Assembly (NCBI GenBank): GCA_963808235.1 | Contig: CAWEEQ010000004.1 | Location: forward strand, 781,084 to 845,083 | Reading direction: 5' to 3' | DNA: 64,000 nucleotides | Origin: an uncultured delta proteobacterium | GTDB lineage: Bacteria; Desulfobacterota; Binatia; Binatales; Binataceae | In this document: one piece after another, positions 37,258 to 46,584 of the stretch | How positions within the stretch are numbered: position 1 is the stretch's first letter | Layout of the letters: every line of letters starts with the position of its first letter | Program-made: the position numbers and the translations under genes | The notes under the pieces: generated by a model | What the model was told of the DNA's origin: nothing | Databases searched by the model: none | What the model saw: the letters and a program-made list of their open reading frames with translations, nothing else

Positions 37258-38379
37258 ATGGAAGATCTTATCTCGCACAATGGTACTCTAGCCGGTTCAC
37301 ACAACGGCATTCACGCGCCATCAAGTGTGCCTACCTACTCAACTCGGCGCCAAATGCGCGGGATTGCGATTGTTGGGCTCGGCTACTGGGGGCCCAACTG
37401 GGTGAGAAATTTTTCCCAGATACAGGGAATCGACCATGTCGTGTGCTGTGACTTCAGCCGCCCGCGGCTCGATCACATCAAGGGACGTTACCCATCGGTA
37501 GTCATTACCGACCAGCTAGACCGGGTGCTCACCGATCCCGCGATCGACGCGGTCGTAGTTGCTACGCCGGTTAACACTCACTTTGAGATAGCAAGTCGAT
37601 GCCTGAAGGCAGGTAAGTCGACGCTGGTCGAGAAGCCACTGGCTACCTCATGCGACCAGGCAGAGCTTCTAATAAAGATGGCGCGCGAGCGCGATCTGAC
37701 GCTTATGGCGGGCCACACCTTCGAGTACAGCGCGCCGGTGGTGAAGATTCGCGAGCTGATCGACAGCGGCGAGCTCGGCGATATTTTCTACATCAGCTCG
37801 GTGCGCGCGAATCTCGGGCTCTTTCGCCGCGACGTCAACGTGGCCTGGGATCTGGCTACGCACGACATCTCGATCATCCTGATGCTGCTGGGCGAGATGC
37901 CGCTTGAGGTGACTTGCCAGGGCGAGAGCCACTATCACGATCACGTCGAAGACGTTGCGCTGCTCACGCTTCGCTTTGCCAACAACGTGATCGCTTTCGT
38001 GCACGTTAGCTGGCTCGATCCGAACAAGATTCGGCGCACAACTATAGTAGGTTCGCGCAAGATGCTGGTGTACGACGACACGGCGTTGCAGGAAAAAGTC
38101 CGCGTCTACGATAAGGGCGTCACCAAGCATCCTTACTACGACACTTATGGAGACTTTCAGCTTTCATATCGTTACGGCGACGTGAATATCCCGCGGATCG
38201 ACGACCCGGAGCCGCTCAAGGTGGAATGCGATCACTTTATTGAATGCATCAAGAGCGGGATTGCACCGAACAGCGACGGACTGAGCGGACTTAGAGTAGT
38301 GAAGGTGCTGGAAGCAGCCGACCGTTCGCTCAAGAGTCACGGAAGGCCGATAGCGCTTACTCCAACCAGGGTGAACTAG
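37258..38379 (+). CDS. Gfo/Idh/MocA family oxidoreductase (WbpB-like UDP-sugar 3-dehydrogenase candidate)
   Basis: Rossmann motif IAIVGLGYWGPNWV, an EKP motif and the Gfo/Idh/MocA C-terminal domain. GGAGG lies 6 nt upstream of 37258. An internal Met at 37354 is an alternative start. Confidence 0.8.
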   Translation: MEDLISHNGTLAGSHNGIHAPSSVPTYSTRRQMRGIAIVGLGYWGPNWVRNFSQIQGIDHVVCCDFSRPRLDHIKGRYPSVVITDQLDRVLTDPAIDAVVVATPVNTHFEIASRCLKAGKSTLVEKPLATSCDQAELLIKMARERDLTLMAGHTFEYSAPVVKIRELIDSGELGDIFYISSVRANLGLFRRDVNVAWDLATHDISIILMLLGEMPLEVTCQGESHYHDHVEDVALLTLRFANNVIAFVHVSWLDPNKIRRTTIVGSRKMLVYDDTALQEKVRVYDKGVTKHPYYDTYGDFQLSYRYGDVNIPRIDDPEPLKVECDHFIECIKSGIAPNSDGLSGLRVVKVLEAADRSLKSHGRPIALTPTRVN

Positions 38380-38411
38380 CACACACCACTTAGATGTAGC
38401 ACTGAAAGAAT

Positions 38412-38924
38412 GTGAGAACTGAGATGTCACCGCACGAACTACCACCCAACGTATGCGCCTCGGCCGACGTGATCCTGGGCGAGGAGGTCCAATTAGCACC
38501 TTTCGTAAATCTATACGGATGCAGCGTCGGAGACGCGTCGCGAATCGGCGCCTTCGTGGAAGTTCAGCGCGACGCGCACATCGGCAAGCGCTGCAAGATA
38601 TCGAGTCACACTTTCATTTGTTCCGGCGTCACTATTGAAGATGAGGTTTTCATCGGTCACGGGGTGCTGTTCATCAACGATCGGCATCCACGCGCGACCA
38701 ACCCCGACGGCACCTCCAAGACCCCGGACGATTGGGTGATGGAGCGCACTTACGTGCGGCGCGGCGCCTCGATTGGGAGCGGTGCGATCATCATGTGCGG
38801 CGTCGAGATTGGCGCGAGATCGATGGTCGCAGCCGGTGCGCTAGTGACCAGTGACGTTCCCGCGCGAGCAACTGTCCTAGGTATACCGGCACGTCTATAT
38901 ACCGGCCAGCGCCGGTCCGCATAG
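38412..38924 (+). CDS. Hexapeptide-repeat (left-handed beta-helix) N-acetyltransferase, WbpD/WlbB-like
   Basis: 170 aa with repeated [LIV]G-x4 hexapeptides (IGAFVEV, IGKRCKI, IGHGVLF, IGSGAII, IGARSMV). Confidence 0.75.
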   Translation: MRTEMSPHELPPNVCASADVILGEEVQLAPFVNLYGCSVGDASRIGAFVEVQRDAHIGKRCKISSHTFICSGVTIEDEVFIGHGVLFINDRHPRATNPDGTSKTPDDWVMERTYVRRGASIGSGAIIMCGVEIGARSMVAAGALVTSDVPARATVLGIPARLYTGQRRSA

Positions 38925-38941
38925 ATCAGGAGTCGAACGAG

Positions 38942-40078
38942 ATGCCAATCAAATTTTTGGACCTCGCGGCACAGAACCGCGAAATCATGCCACAAGTCGA
39001 GCGCGGCTTCGCGGAAATCCACGAGAAGACTTCGTACGTTGGAGGCCCACAGGTGGCGGCGTTCGAAGAGGAATTTGCGAACTTCCTGGGCGCCCGCCAG
39101 GTGATCAGCGTGGCGAGCGGGACCGACGCGCTAAGACTCGCGCTGCTCGCGATCGGAATCGGGCCGGGCGACGAAGTGATCACGACTCCGATGACGTTCA
39201 TCGCGACTGCCGAAGCGATCGTGCAGACCGGCGCGCGGCCCTCGTTTGTGGATATCGATCCGAACACCGGAAATATGAGTGTTCCGGAAATCTCGCGCTA
39301 CCTCGAGCGGGGACGCTTCACAGCGCCCAACGGCCCGCGCGCGATCGTCCCGGTTCATCTCTACGGAATGCCGGCGCCGATGATCGAAATGCGCGATCTC
39401 GCGCAGGCGTGCAACCTTAAACTGATCGAGGACGCATGCCAGGCGCATGGCGCGCGCATCACTCACGACGGCCAATCGCAATATGCCGGCACGATCGGCG
39501 CGGCCGGTTGCTTCAGTTTTTATCCCGGTAAGAATCTGGGCGCGTGGGGCGAAGGCGGGGCCGTGGCGACCAATGACGAGGAGCTGGCGGCGCAGATCCG
39601 TACGTTACGCGACCACGGACGCCTTTCGCACTACGCGCACAGTGCATATGGATACAATGCGCGGCTCGACACGATGCAGGCGGCGGTACTCCGTCCGAAG
39701 CTCGAGCGCCTGGCGGAGTGGAATGCACGACGCCGGCACTTCGCGGCGCTTTATCGTGAAACTCTGCCTCACGAGGTGGAGCTGCTGTCCGAGCCCGAGG
39801 GTATCGAGTCGTGCTACCACCTGTTCGTCATCCGCAGCGAGCGGCGAGACGCGATCAGAACCGCGCTGCTGCAAAACCAGATCGAGTGCGGGATCCATTA
39901 CCCGGTTCCGCTTCATCTACAGCCGGCATGCCGCGACCTCGGATATGCGCAAGGAGATTTTCCGCACGCCGAGACGATGGCTGACACCGTGCTGTCATTG
40001 CCGATGCATCCCTTTCTGACCGAGCGCGAAGTTAAGACGGTCAGCCAGGCAGTCAAGCGCGCATTAACCACAGGTTGA
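38942..40078 (+). CDS. DegT/DnrJ/EryC1/StrS family aminotransferase (WbpE-like)
   Basis: A PLP-fold signature including FSFYPGKNLGAWGEGGA (the Lys-containing active-site region). 378 aa. Confidence 0.85.
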   Translation: MPIKFLDLAAQNREIMPQVERGFAEIHEKTSYVGGPQVAAFEEEFANFLGARQVISVASGTDALRLALLAIGIGPGDEVITTPMTFIATAEAIVQTGARPSFVDIDPNTGNMSVPEISRYLERGRFTAPNGPRAIVPVHLYGMPAPMIEMRDLAQACNLKLIEDACQAHGARITHDGQSQYAGTIGAAGCFSFYPGKNLGAWGEGGAVATNDEELAAQIRTLRDHGRLSHYAHSAYGYNARLDTMQAAVLRPKLERLAEWNARRRHFAALYRETLPHEVELLSEPEGIESCYHLFVIRSERRDAIRTALLQNQIECGIHYPVPLHLQPACRDLGYAQGDFPHAETMADTVLSLPMHPFLTEREVKTVSQAVKRALTTG

Positions 40079-40085
40079 TAATGTT

Positions 40086-41600
40086 GTGTTAGGCGGGGAA
40101 TTACAGCGTCAGAAGGCGCTACTTGCGGCCACCGACGCGCTAGCAGTCGTCGGCGCGTGTGCACTGTCGCAAGCCATCAGGAACCACGATTTATACCCCC
40201 TGGACCCAGGCAACTGGGGCGAGGCGCTGGCGGGCATGGCGATGCTGGGTGTGATCTGGATACTGGTCGCGCGCGCGGTCGGGCTGTATCGAAACGGGCG
40301 GCGGCACGAAGTCAAGTCGATCGTGAAGGCGAGTTGCGCGGCGTGGTTCACGATGGTGTCGATCAGCTTTTTCCTGCATCTGGCGCCATCGCGGCTGGTG
40401 GTAGGCATCGGACTGGCGCTGACGATTGGTTTTGTCGTAACGGCGCGGATGCTGGTCCGCCGCTGCATCAAGTTTTTTTATTCGCGCCCCGAGTTCGCGG
40501 TGCCGCTGGTCATCGTTGGGGTCAATTCGTTCGGTGTTTACCTGCGTGATCGAATCAAGGAAGAGCTCACGCAGTACGAATTCCTGGGCTTTGTAGATGA
40601 AAACCCGGTCCCGCTCGCATCCAACGGTGTGAACGGGCACAGCGGCACCAACGGACACGACGACGCGAATCGGCACAACGGGCATTCCAAAACGAACGGA
40701 CATTTTGGATCGACCGGGCTCGCCACTCCGGCGCCGGTAATCGGAAGCCTCGAACGCATCGCGAGTCTCGCAATCGTACATCCCAACCTTGAGGCGGTGA
40801 TAGTTCTTCCCGAGCGCGACCACAGCCAGGTCGAGCGTATCATTAAGCTTTGCGAGCGTTATCGAGTTCGCTGGCGGATGATGCCGCGAGTTGCGGAATC
40901 GATGGCTCTGACGGTGGAGATGGTCGGCGCGATTCCGCTGATTGGGCCTCCGGGATCGAACATCGAAGGGCTCAACTGCGTGGTAAAGCGCGGCTTCGAT
41001 GTCGTGGTGGCGAGCCTCCTGCTGCTGCTTGCGTCGCCGCTCTTGATGTTCGCGGCGATTGCGATCTGGCTCACCGACGGACATCCGTTGCTGTTTCGCC
41101 AGACCAGGGTCGGTATCCACGGCACGCCGTTCGAACTGCTGAAATTTCGCACGATGCGCACCGAGTGCTCCGACACGGTGCATCGCGAGTACGTCAAAGA
41201 ATGGATTCAGCGCAATGCGGCCGAGGGGTCGGAGCCCAACGGCGCCAAGGTTTATAAGATCGGCAGCGATCCGCGGATTACGCCGATCGGACGATGGCTG
41301 CGGCGCTTCAGCATCGACGAGCTGCCGCAACTGATCAACGTCCTTTACGGGAACATGAGTCTCATCGGACCGCGGCCCGCGATGCCGTACGAGCTCGAGC
41401 TGTACCAGGAATGGCATCGGCATCGGCTCGACGCGCCGCCGGGAATCACCGGGCTGTGGCAGGTCAGCGGACGCAATCGTCTGTCGTTCGACGAAATGGT
41501 GCAGCTCGACATCGAATATATCGAAGACTGGTCGCTCGCGGGCGACATGGGAATCCTGCTGCGGACGCTGCCCGCGATGCTGCAAGGGAATGGAATGTGA
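40086..41600 (+). CDS. Exopolysaccharide priming polyprenyl-phosphate glycosyl-1-phosphate transferase (WbaP/CpsE-like bacterial sugar transferase)
   Basis: GTG start. N-terminal TM helices and a C-terminal Bac_transf domain (LLFRQTRVGIHGTPFELLKFRTM...DELPQLINVLYGNMSLIGPRP). An NGH-rich low-complexity insert lies between them. Confidence 0.85.
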   Translation: MLGGELQRQKALLAATDALAVVGACALSQAIRNHDLYPLDPGNWGEALAGMAMLGVIWILVARAVGLYRNGRRHEVKSIVKASCAAWFTMVSISFFLHLAPSRLVVGIGLALTIGFVVTARMLVRRCIKFFYSRPEFAVPLVIVGVNSFGVYLRDRIKEELTQYEFLGFVDENPVPLASNGVNGHSGTNGHDDANRHNGHSKTNGHFGSTGLATPAPVIGSLERIASLAIVHPNLEAVIVLPERDHSQVERIIKLCERYRVRWRMMPRVAESMALTVEMVGAIPLIGPPGSNIEGLNCVVKRGFDVVVASLLLLLASPLLMFAAIAIWLTDGHPLLFRQTRVGIHGTPFELLKFRTMRTECSDTVHREYVKEWIQRNAAEGSEPNGAKVYKIGSDPRITPIGRWLRRFSIDELPQLINVLYGNMSLIGPRPAMPYELELYQEWHRHRLDAPPGITGLWQVSGRNRLSFDEMVQLDIEYIEDWSLAGDMGILLRTLPAMLQGNGM

Positions 41601-43114
41601 TGGCGGCGCCGGGTGACATCAGCTCCGTAGCGAACGTCGAGGGTTGGCATTCGCCGGCCTTCGCGCGGGGCGTGCGTGACAACGTTATTGGCGAGGTCGG
41701 TCTGCAGGCAGTGCGGATCGGCGGATTGGTGGTGCTCGCGCGCGCGCTGGCGCCTTCGGACTTCGGACTGTTCAGAGTCCTGATCACGATTAGCGCAATC
41801 ATAATGATGGTCAATGATTTGGCGATGCCCGACACGCTCGTGCAGCGCCAGGAGCTCAGCAGCGCGCACGAGAGCTCTGCGTGGTGGGCGACGATCGCGG
41901 TATCGGCGTTGAGCTGCGCGGTGATCTACCTGGTCGCACCGTTGATTGCGCAAGCGATGGCGATGCCGACGATTACGGGCGCGCTGCGCCTGCTATGCAT
42001 CCCGATTCTGCTCGAAGGCTCGGTGACCGTACCGATCGCGAGGCTCACGCGCAAATTGCAATTCCGCACCCTTGCGATCGCCGAGGTCGTTGGCGAGCTG
42101 GCGTTCCTGGGCGTTGCGATCGCGCTGCTCGTGATGGGTCATCCTAGACTGAGCCTGGTCGGTGGCCTGTGTGCGCGGATGGGCGCGCATGCACTGCTTC
42201 TCTGGTGCGCTGAGCCGTACATCCCGCGAGTAGGACCAAGCCGCAAGGCGCTGCTCGAGCTGCGAGGCTTCGCGAGTGGCGCGATGGGCGGCCAAATCTT
42301 TCACGCGATTTCCTGCAACATCGACTACCTGCTGGTGGGACGCACGCTCGGAAGTTCCGCGCTTGGGTTTTACGGGATGGCGTGGGACCTGCTTCGTTTC
42401 GTTCCCGACCGGCTCTACAAAATCGCTGGCCGCGTGACGGTTCCCGCGTTCGCCCGCATGCAACATCAGCCCGAGCAACTGCGGCGCGCCTACTTGAGCT
42501 TTCTCGATTACATGTGCCGGCTGATCGTGCCGCCGCTCGTATGTATTGCGATCGCGGCGCCCGAACTGTTGCGCCAGATTTACGGACCGCAGTGGATTGC
42601 GGCCGCGCTTCCGCTGCGCATCCTGAGCTTCGGAATAATTACTATCGGGCTACGTTCGGGAATGGGCGCGGTTTTCTATTCGCTGGGACGCCCGGTATTC
42701 GAAATGTATCTGTATGCTATCCGATTCGTGCTGATCGCAGTAGCGGTGTTGGTCTCGGCATCGAGTGGATTGCTGTGGGTCTGCGCCGCTGTCAGCGCGG
42801 TCGAGGGCGCGTGCACCGTTATCGGCCAGCTGGCCGCATGCCGCCTGCTGGACGTCGGCCTCGTAAAAGTATCGCGCGCGCTCATTTCCGGATTCACGAC
42901 TGCGGCAGGCTGCGCGGCTGCGACCGTAGGCGGCAGAATGCTGGCGAACAATCTCGGTATCGGCGGCCTGTTGGAACTGTCGATGATGGTTGCGCTTCCG
43001 GCGCTCGCGTTCCTTCTAATCGAAGCTCGCACCGTTCGCGAGATGCTCAGCAGCGCGCTCGGCTCCGTAAGCGTCGACAGTCCACTTCCCGAAACCGGCC
43101 AGGAGCGGGCCTAG
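41600..43114 (+). CDS. Polysaccharide flippase (Wzx, MOP superfamily)
   Basis: 504 aa with about 12-14 TM helices. The start ATG overlaps the upstream TGA (tgATGg). The ORF-track start at 41294 is an out-of-frame extension inside the previous gene. Confidence 0.75.
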   Translation: MAAPGDISSVANVEGWHSPAFARGVRDNVIGEVGLQAVRIGGLVVLARALAPSDFGLFRVLITISAIIMMVNDLAMPDTLVQRQELSSAHESSAWWATIAVSALSCAVIYLVAPLIAQAMAMPTITGALRLLCIPILLEGSVTVPIARLTRKLQFRTLAIAEVVGELAFLGVAIALLVMGHPRLSLVGGLCARMGAHALLLWCAEPYIPRVGPSRKALLELRGFASGAMGGQIFHAISCNIDYLLVGRTLGSSALGFYGMAWDLLRFVPDRLYKIAGRVTVPAFARMQHQPEQLRRAYLSFLDYMCRLIVPPLVCIAIAAPELLRQIYGPQWIAAALPLRILSFGIITIGLRSGMGAVFYSLGRPVFEMYLYAIRFVLIAVAVLVSASSGLLWVCAAVSAVEGACTVIGQLAACRLLDVGLVKVSRALISGFTTAAGCAAATVGGRMLANNLGIGGLLELSMMVALPALAFLLIEARTVREMLSSALGSVSVDSPLPETGQERA

Positions 43115-43115
43115 C

Positions 43116-44291
43116 ATGGCGCGAGTACTAATAATCGCGTACACGGCCTACGCGCGCGACGGACGCGTCAAGCGGCAGGCCGAAGCATTGACCAGCCGCG
43201 GCGATCGGGTTGACGCGATCTGCCTTGCCGACGGCAATGTCGCCGACACGCACGGAGTCAACGTCACCGGACTCAGGCTTCCGCGCTATCGTGGCGCAAG
43301 CAGAATTAACTACCTGCGAAGCTATATAAACTTCTTCGCCCGCGCGGCTGCGCTTGCGGTTCGACGCAGCATGAAGGAGCGCTACGATATAGTGATCGCC
43401 TGTACGATGCCCGATGCGGCAATACTAAGTGCATTACCATGTCGGTTGTTTGGATCGAAGTTAGTACTCGATGTCCACGATACCATGCCGGAGCTGTATC
43501 TCGACAAGTTTGGCGGCCGGCTGGGGCGAATCGGCGCGCGGATGCTGATGCTTCAGGAGCGCTTGAGCGCGCGACTCGCGGACCAGGTGCTGGCAGTGCA
43601 CGATTTGCACGCTGAACGCCTGCATCAATCCGGGATACCGGAACGCAAGCTGGTGGTGATTACCAACTCGCCCGATCCGCGAATTTTCCCGGTCGCGGAT
43701 TCGAATCAGCCGCGCCGAATCCGGCCGAACGATGAACCATTTTCGATCATCTGCCATGGAACAATTACCCGCAGGCTCGGGCTGGATACTGCTCTGGCGG
43801 CGTTAGCCCTGCTGCACGAGCGATTTCCTCTCATCCGGCTCAAGGTTATAGGCGCCGGCGATCATTTGAACGAGGTCAAGACTCTCAGCCGGCAACTCGG
43901 CGTCGAGTCCGCGGTCAGTTTCGAACCTCCAGTTCCGATTCAGGAACTGGCCTGCAAAATCGGCGAGGCTCACGTCGGACTGGTTCCCAACCATGCCTCG
44001 AGCGCGACGCATCTGATGCTGCCGGTCAAGCTGCTTGAATATGTGGCGGTCGGAATCCCGGTGATATGTGCTCGTTTACGAACCGTCGAGCATTACTTCG
44101 ACGAAAGATCGGTGCGTTATTTTTCTCCGAACAACGCATCGCAACTGGCGCACGCGATCGAGGATTTGTACCTCGATCCGGCGCTACGAGATAGCCTTTC
44201 GAATTCCGCGGCAAAAGTGGTTAAGAGCTTCAGCTGGCCCGTCCATAGCCAGCGCTTCTGCAATGCGGTCGATTCGCTACTCAACGTTTAG
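43116..44291 (+). CDS. Glycosyltransferase family 4 (GT-B fold)
   Basis: 391 aa. An N-terminal Glyco_trans_4-like region and a C-terminal Glycos_transf_1 core (E-x7-E region around LLEYVAVGIPVICA). Confidence 0.75.
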   Translation: MARVLIIAYTAYARDGRVKRQAEALTSRGDRVDAICLADGNVADTHGVNVTGLRLPRYRGASRINYLRSYINFFARAAALAVRRSMKERYDIVIACTMPDAAILSALPCRLFGSKLVLDVHDTMPELYLDKFGGRLGRIGARMLMLQERLSARLADQVLAVHDLHAERLHQSGIPERKLVVITNSPDPRIFPVADSNQPRRIRPNDEPFSIICHGTITRRLGLDTALAALALLHERFPLIRLKVIGAGDHLNEVKTLSRQLGVESAVSFEPPVPIQELACKIGEAHVGLVPNHASSATHLMLPVKLLEYVAVGIPVICARLRTVEHYFDERSVRYFSPNNASQLAHAIEDLYLDPALRDSLSNSAAKVVKSFSWPVHSQRFCNAVDSLLNV

Positions 44292-44304
44292 GAGGAGTTA
44301 TCAA

Positions 44305-45120
44305 GTGCGCAGCGCAATACCATTGGTAGTAGGCTTGGGCGAAGTCGGAAGCGCCTTGTCGCAAGTGCTGAAGGGCGACGGCCGGCGCATCCTCGAGCAC
44401 GACATCGAAAGACGCGAGTTCGACGAACCGATCAGCGTGATGCATCTGTGTTTTCCATTCACCCGGCAGGATGCTTTCGAAGCTATCGCGCTTTCCTATA
44501 TCAAGCGGTTCAAGCCGGAACTGACTATCATCAACAGCACTGTAGTTCCCGGAACCAGCCGGTCGATAGCTGAAAAAGCGTCGGCGCCGGTTGCCTATAG
44601 TCCGGTGCGCGGCAAACACATCCGAATGGCGCAGGACCTGCTGAAGTACCGCAAGTTCGTCGCTGGCACCGATGATGAGACCACGAATCGAGCTGTCGAG
44701 CATTTTCGCGAAGCCGGAATGACTACTCAGTGCATTAGCAAGTTGGAGACTCTCGAGCTTGCCAAGCTCGGTGAGACTACCTACTTCGGCGTGCTGATCG
44801 CCTTCGCACAGGAGCTCAACCGTTACGCTAATCGGGTCGATGCTGACTATGTGGAAGCGCTGGACCTGTTCGAGGAAGTCGATTTTCTGCCGCCCACGAA
44901 ATACTACCCGGGCTTCATCGGCGGTCACTGTGTGATTCCAAATATACAATTGCTGCGCACGATTGCGTCGTCGCCACTGCTCGAGGCGGTCCTCGAATCC
45001 AACCGGATGCGCGCGGGCGAGTTGGCCAACGAAGCCAAGATGGCCCTCACGCCCGAACTCAAGCCGGGCGCTGCCGCCAACGGACACAAAACGGAGTCGC
45101 AGGCTCAGCTGCGTCGCTGA
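44305..45120 (+). CDS. NAD(P)-binding protein resembling the N-terminal and central domains of UDP-glucose/GDP-mannose dehydrogenase (short form, no C-terminal UDP-binding domain)
   Basis: GTG start with AGGAGG 8 nt upstream. The Rossmann motif VVGLGEVGSAL, the central-domain pattern LELAKLGETTYFGVLIAFAQELNRYANRVDADYVEAL and GFIGGHCVIPN (a catalytic-Cys-like motif) are present. It has only 271 aa, against about 430 for the full-length family. Confidence 0.45.
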   Translation: MRSAIPLVVGLGEVGSALSQVLKGDGRRILEHDIERREFDEPISVMHLCFPFTRQDAFEAIALSYIKRFKPELTIINSTVVPGTSRSIAEKASAPVAYSPVRGKHIRMAQDLLKYRKFVAGTDDETTNRAVEHFREAGMTTQCISKLETLELAKLGETTYFGVLIAFAQELNRYANRVDADYVEALDLFEEVDFLPPTKYYPGFIGGHCVIPNIQLLRTIASSPLLEAVLESNRMRAGELANEAKMALTPELKPGAAANGHKTESQAQLRR

Positions 45121-45139
45121 CGGCAGCCAAGAAGTGAAA

Positions 45140-46570
45140 ATGGAACTCGTGCAGACAGCCAGAGTATCCAAACCGCCGGCCGCCGCGATGCTGGCCGGTG
45201 TGGCGGGGCTTGGCCTGCTCGGCTTGCTGATGCTCAACTATCCGAGCCTCGCGGCCGGCGCGGTGGTCCTTGCCGGCGGAGTCGCGGTCATTTGGGCGGC
45301 CCAGATGGTGCAGGGCAACACTGGCTACCTGCTTTGCTCGCTCCTGGTTATTGAAGAGCTGAGCGGGGCAAACTTTATCCCGCTCACACCCGATCAGCTC
45401 TACCTGGTCCGTTATCCATTGCTGGTTGCATTTTGCGGAGCCTCCGTGTGGAAGGCGCTCCATGACAAAGAGATATGGCGGGGCGGATTCCTTGATTACC
45501 TGATCTATCTTGGTTTTGGCGTTATAAGTATTTCCTATTCACTATTGCCTGGCTATTCGACCGCCAGGATTGCAGCTGCAATTCTGATGTTCATGACGAT
45601 AGTCAGAATTGCCCAAGCAGTAGCTAATCGCGAAGATATCGAGAAGCTACTCAATTGGTATCTGATCGGAACCGGAATCGTCTGGCTGGTGATACTGATC
45701 TGCTCGCTGACCATGTCTTACGATCTGATCTGGGACGTGGAAGACATGACCGGCATTGTTCGCCTGCGCGGCATCTACGGTTCTCCGAATCTGATTGGCG
45801 AAATCGCACTCCCCACCATGGGCGTGGCGGCGGTCATGTGGAACTCGGCCAGCGGATGGAAACGGGCGCTGCTCGCCGCGGAGATAATGCTGGCGGTCAC
45901 GCTCGCGATGCTGGCCGATTCGCGATCGCCATTCATCGGTTTCGGACTCGGCGGGCTCCTCTATTTGATTTGGAGATACCGGTTCCGCGCGGTGCCGATC
46001 ATTCTCGCGCTCGGAGTGGTGGGCTTCGGCCTAATTAGTCAGCTCAATCCCGAGTATCTCAGTCGTGGCGACGTTACCAGTCTCACCGGACGCACCGACA
46101 TCTGGAAGTTTGCGATCGAGAAAATCGAGCAACGTCCGCTGATCGGATATGGCTTCGAGGTCGAAGGCGAAATCATGAAGGCCCACGACTTTCCGATCTG
46201 GTGGGGACCGTGGGAGGAAGGCCCGCGCAGTTCCATCCACAGTGATTATCTGTCGAAGGCGGTCAGCCTCGGCGTCCCGGCGCTGATATTTTGGGTATTT
46301 TTCATCATCCGTCCGTGGCTCGCGCTGCTCCGGCGCAAGGACGATCCGTGGAATCTGAAACCGCTCTTGTTTCTCGTTGTCATTCCGATCCTGATTCTAG
46401 ATTTCACTGAGGCCACCGGCGACTGCCGTTATGCAGTAGGGACGATCGCGACGCTTGGTTGGGCGCTGGCGGAAAGGCAACGACTCGCGAACTTGCGCCG
46501 CCGTCCCGCGGCGCTCCAGCCGGCAGAGCCGATCAACCCGGCGACACCGCTGCTGCGGCGAGTAGGTTAA
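45140..46570 (+). CDS. O-antigen ligase/polymerase-like (Wzy_C domain) integral membrane protein
   Basis: 476 aa with about 10-12 TM helices and a large periplasmic loop (Wzy_C-like). The start is an internal ATG. The ORF-track start at 44963 lies inside the upstream gene. Confidence 0.65.
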   Translation: MELVQTARVSKPPAAAMLAGVAGLGLLGLLMLNYPSLAAGAVVLAGGVAVIWAAQMVQGNTGYLLCSLLVIEELSGANFIPLTPDQLYLVRYPLLVAFCGASVWKALHDKEIWRGGFLDYLIYLGFGVISISYSLLPGYSTARIAAAILMFMTIVRIAQAVANREDIEKLLNWYLIGTGIVWLVILICSLTMSYDLIWDVEDMTGIVRLRGIYGSPNLIGEIALPTMGVAAVMWNSASGWKRALLAAEIMLAVTLAMLADSRSPFIGFGLGGLLYLIWRYRFRAVPIILALGVVGFGLISQLNPEYLSRGDVTSLTGRTDIWKFAIEKIEQRPLIGYGFEVEGEIMKAHDFPIWWGPWEEGPRSSIHSDYLSKAVSLGVPALIFWVFFIIRPWLALLRRKDDPWNLKPLLFLVVIPILILDFTEATGDCRYAVGTIATLGWALAERQRLANLRRRPAALQPAEPINPATPLLRRVG

Positions 46571-46584
46571 CGGATGTGGGCGAC

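Noticed and set aside
40191-41585. 464-aa minus-strand ORF antisense to the priming glycosyltransferase
   Set aside because: Its Arg/His/Pro-rich translation is the mirror of a strongly supported plus-strand gene with Bac_transf motifs.
41294-41599. ORF-track 5' extension of the flippase gene (606-aa version)
   Set aside because: The extension lies entirely inside the upstream glycosyltransferase gene in another frame. The ATG at 41600 sits at a tgATGg stop-start overlap and gives a normal Wzx N-terminus.
44068-44304. ORF-track 5' extension of the nucleotide-sugar-dehydrogenase-like gene (similar extensions at 44963..45139 and 46459..46584)
   Set aside because: The extensions overlap the preceding genes. 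The chosen downstream starts sit just after the upstream stop codons, with AGGAGG before 44305; the other two are simply the first ATG after the stop.
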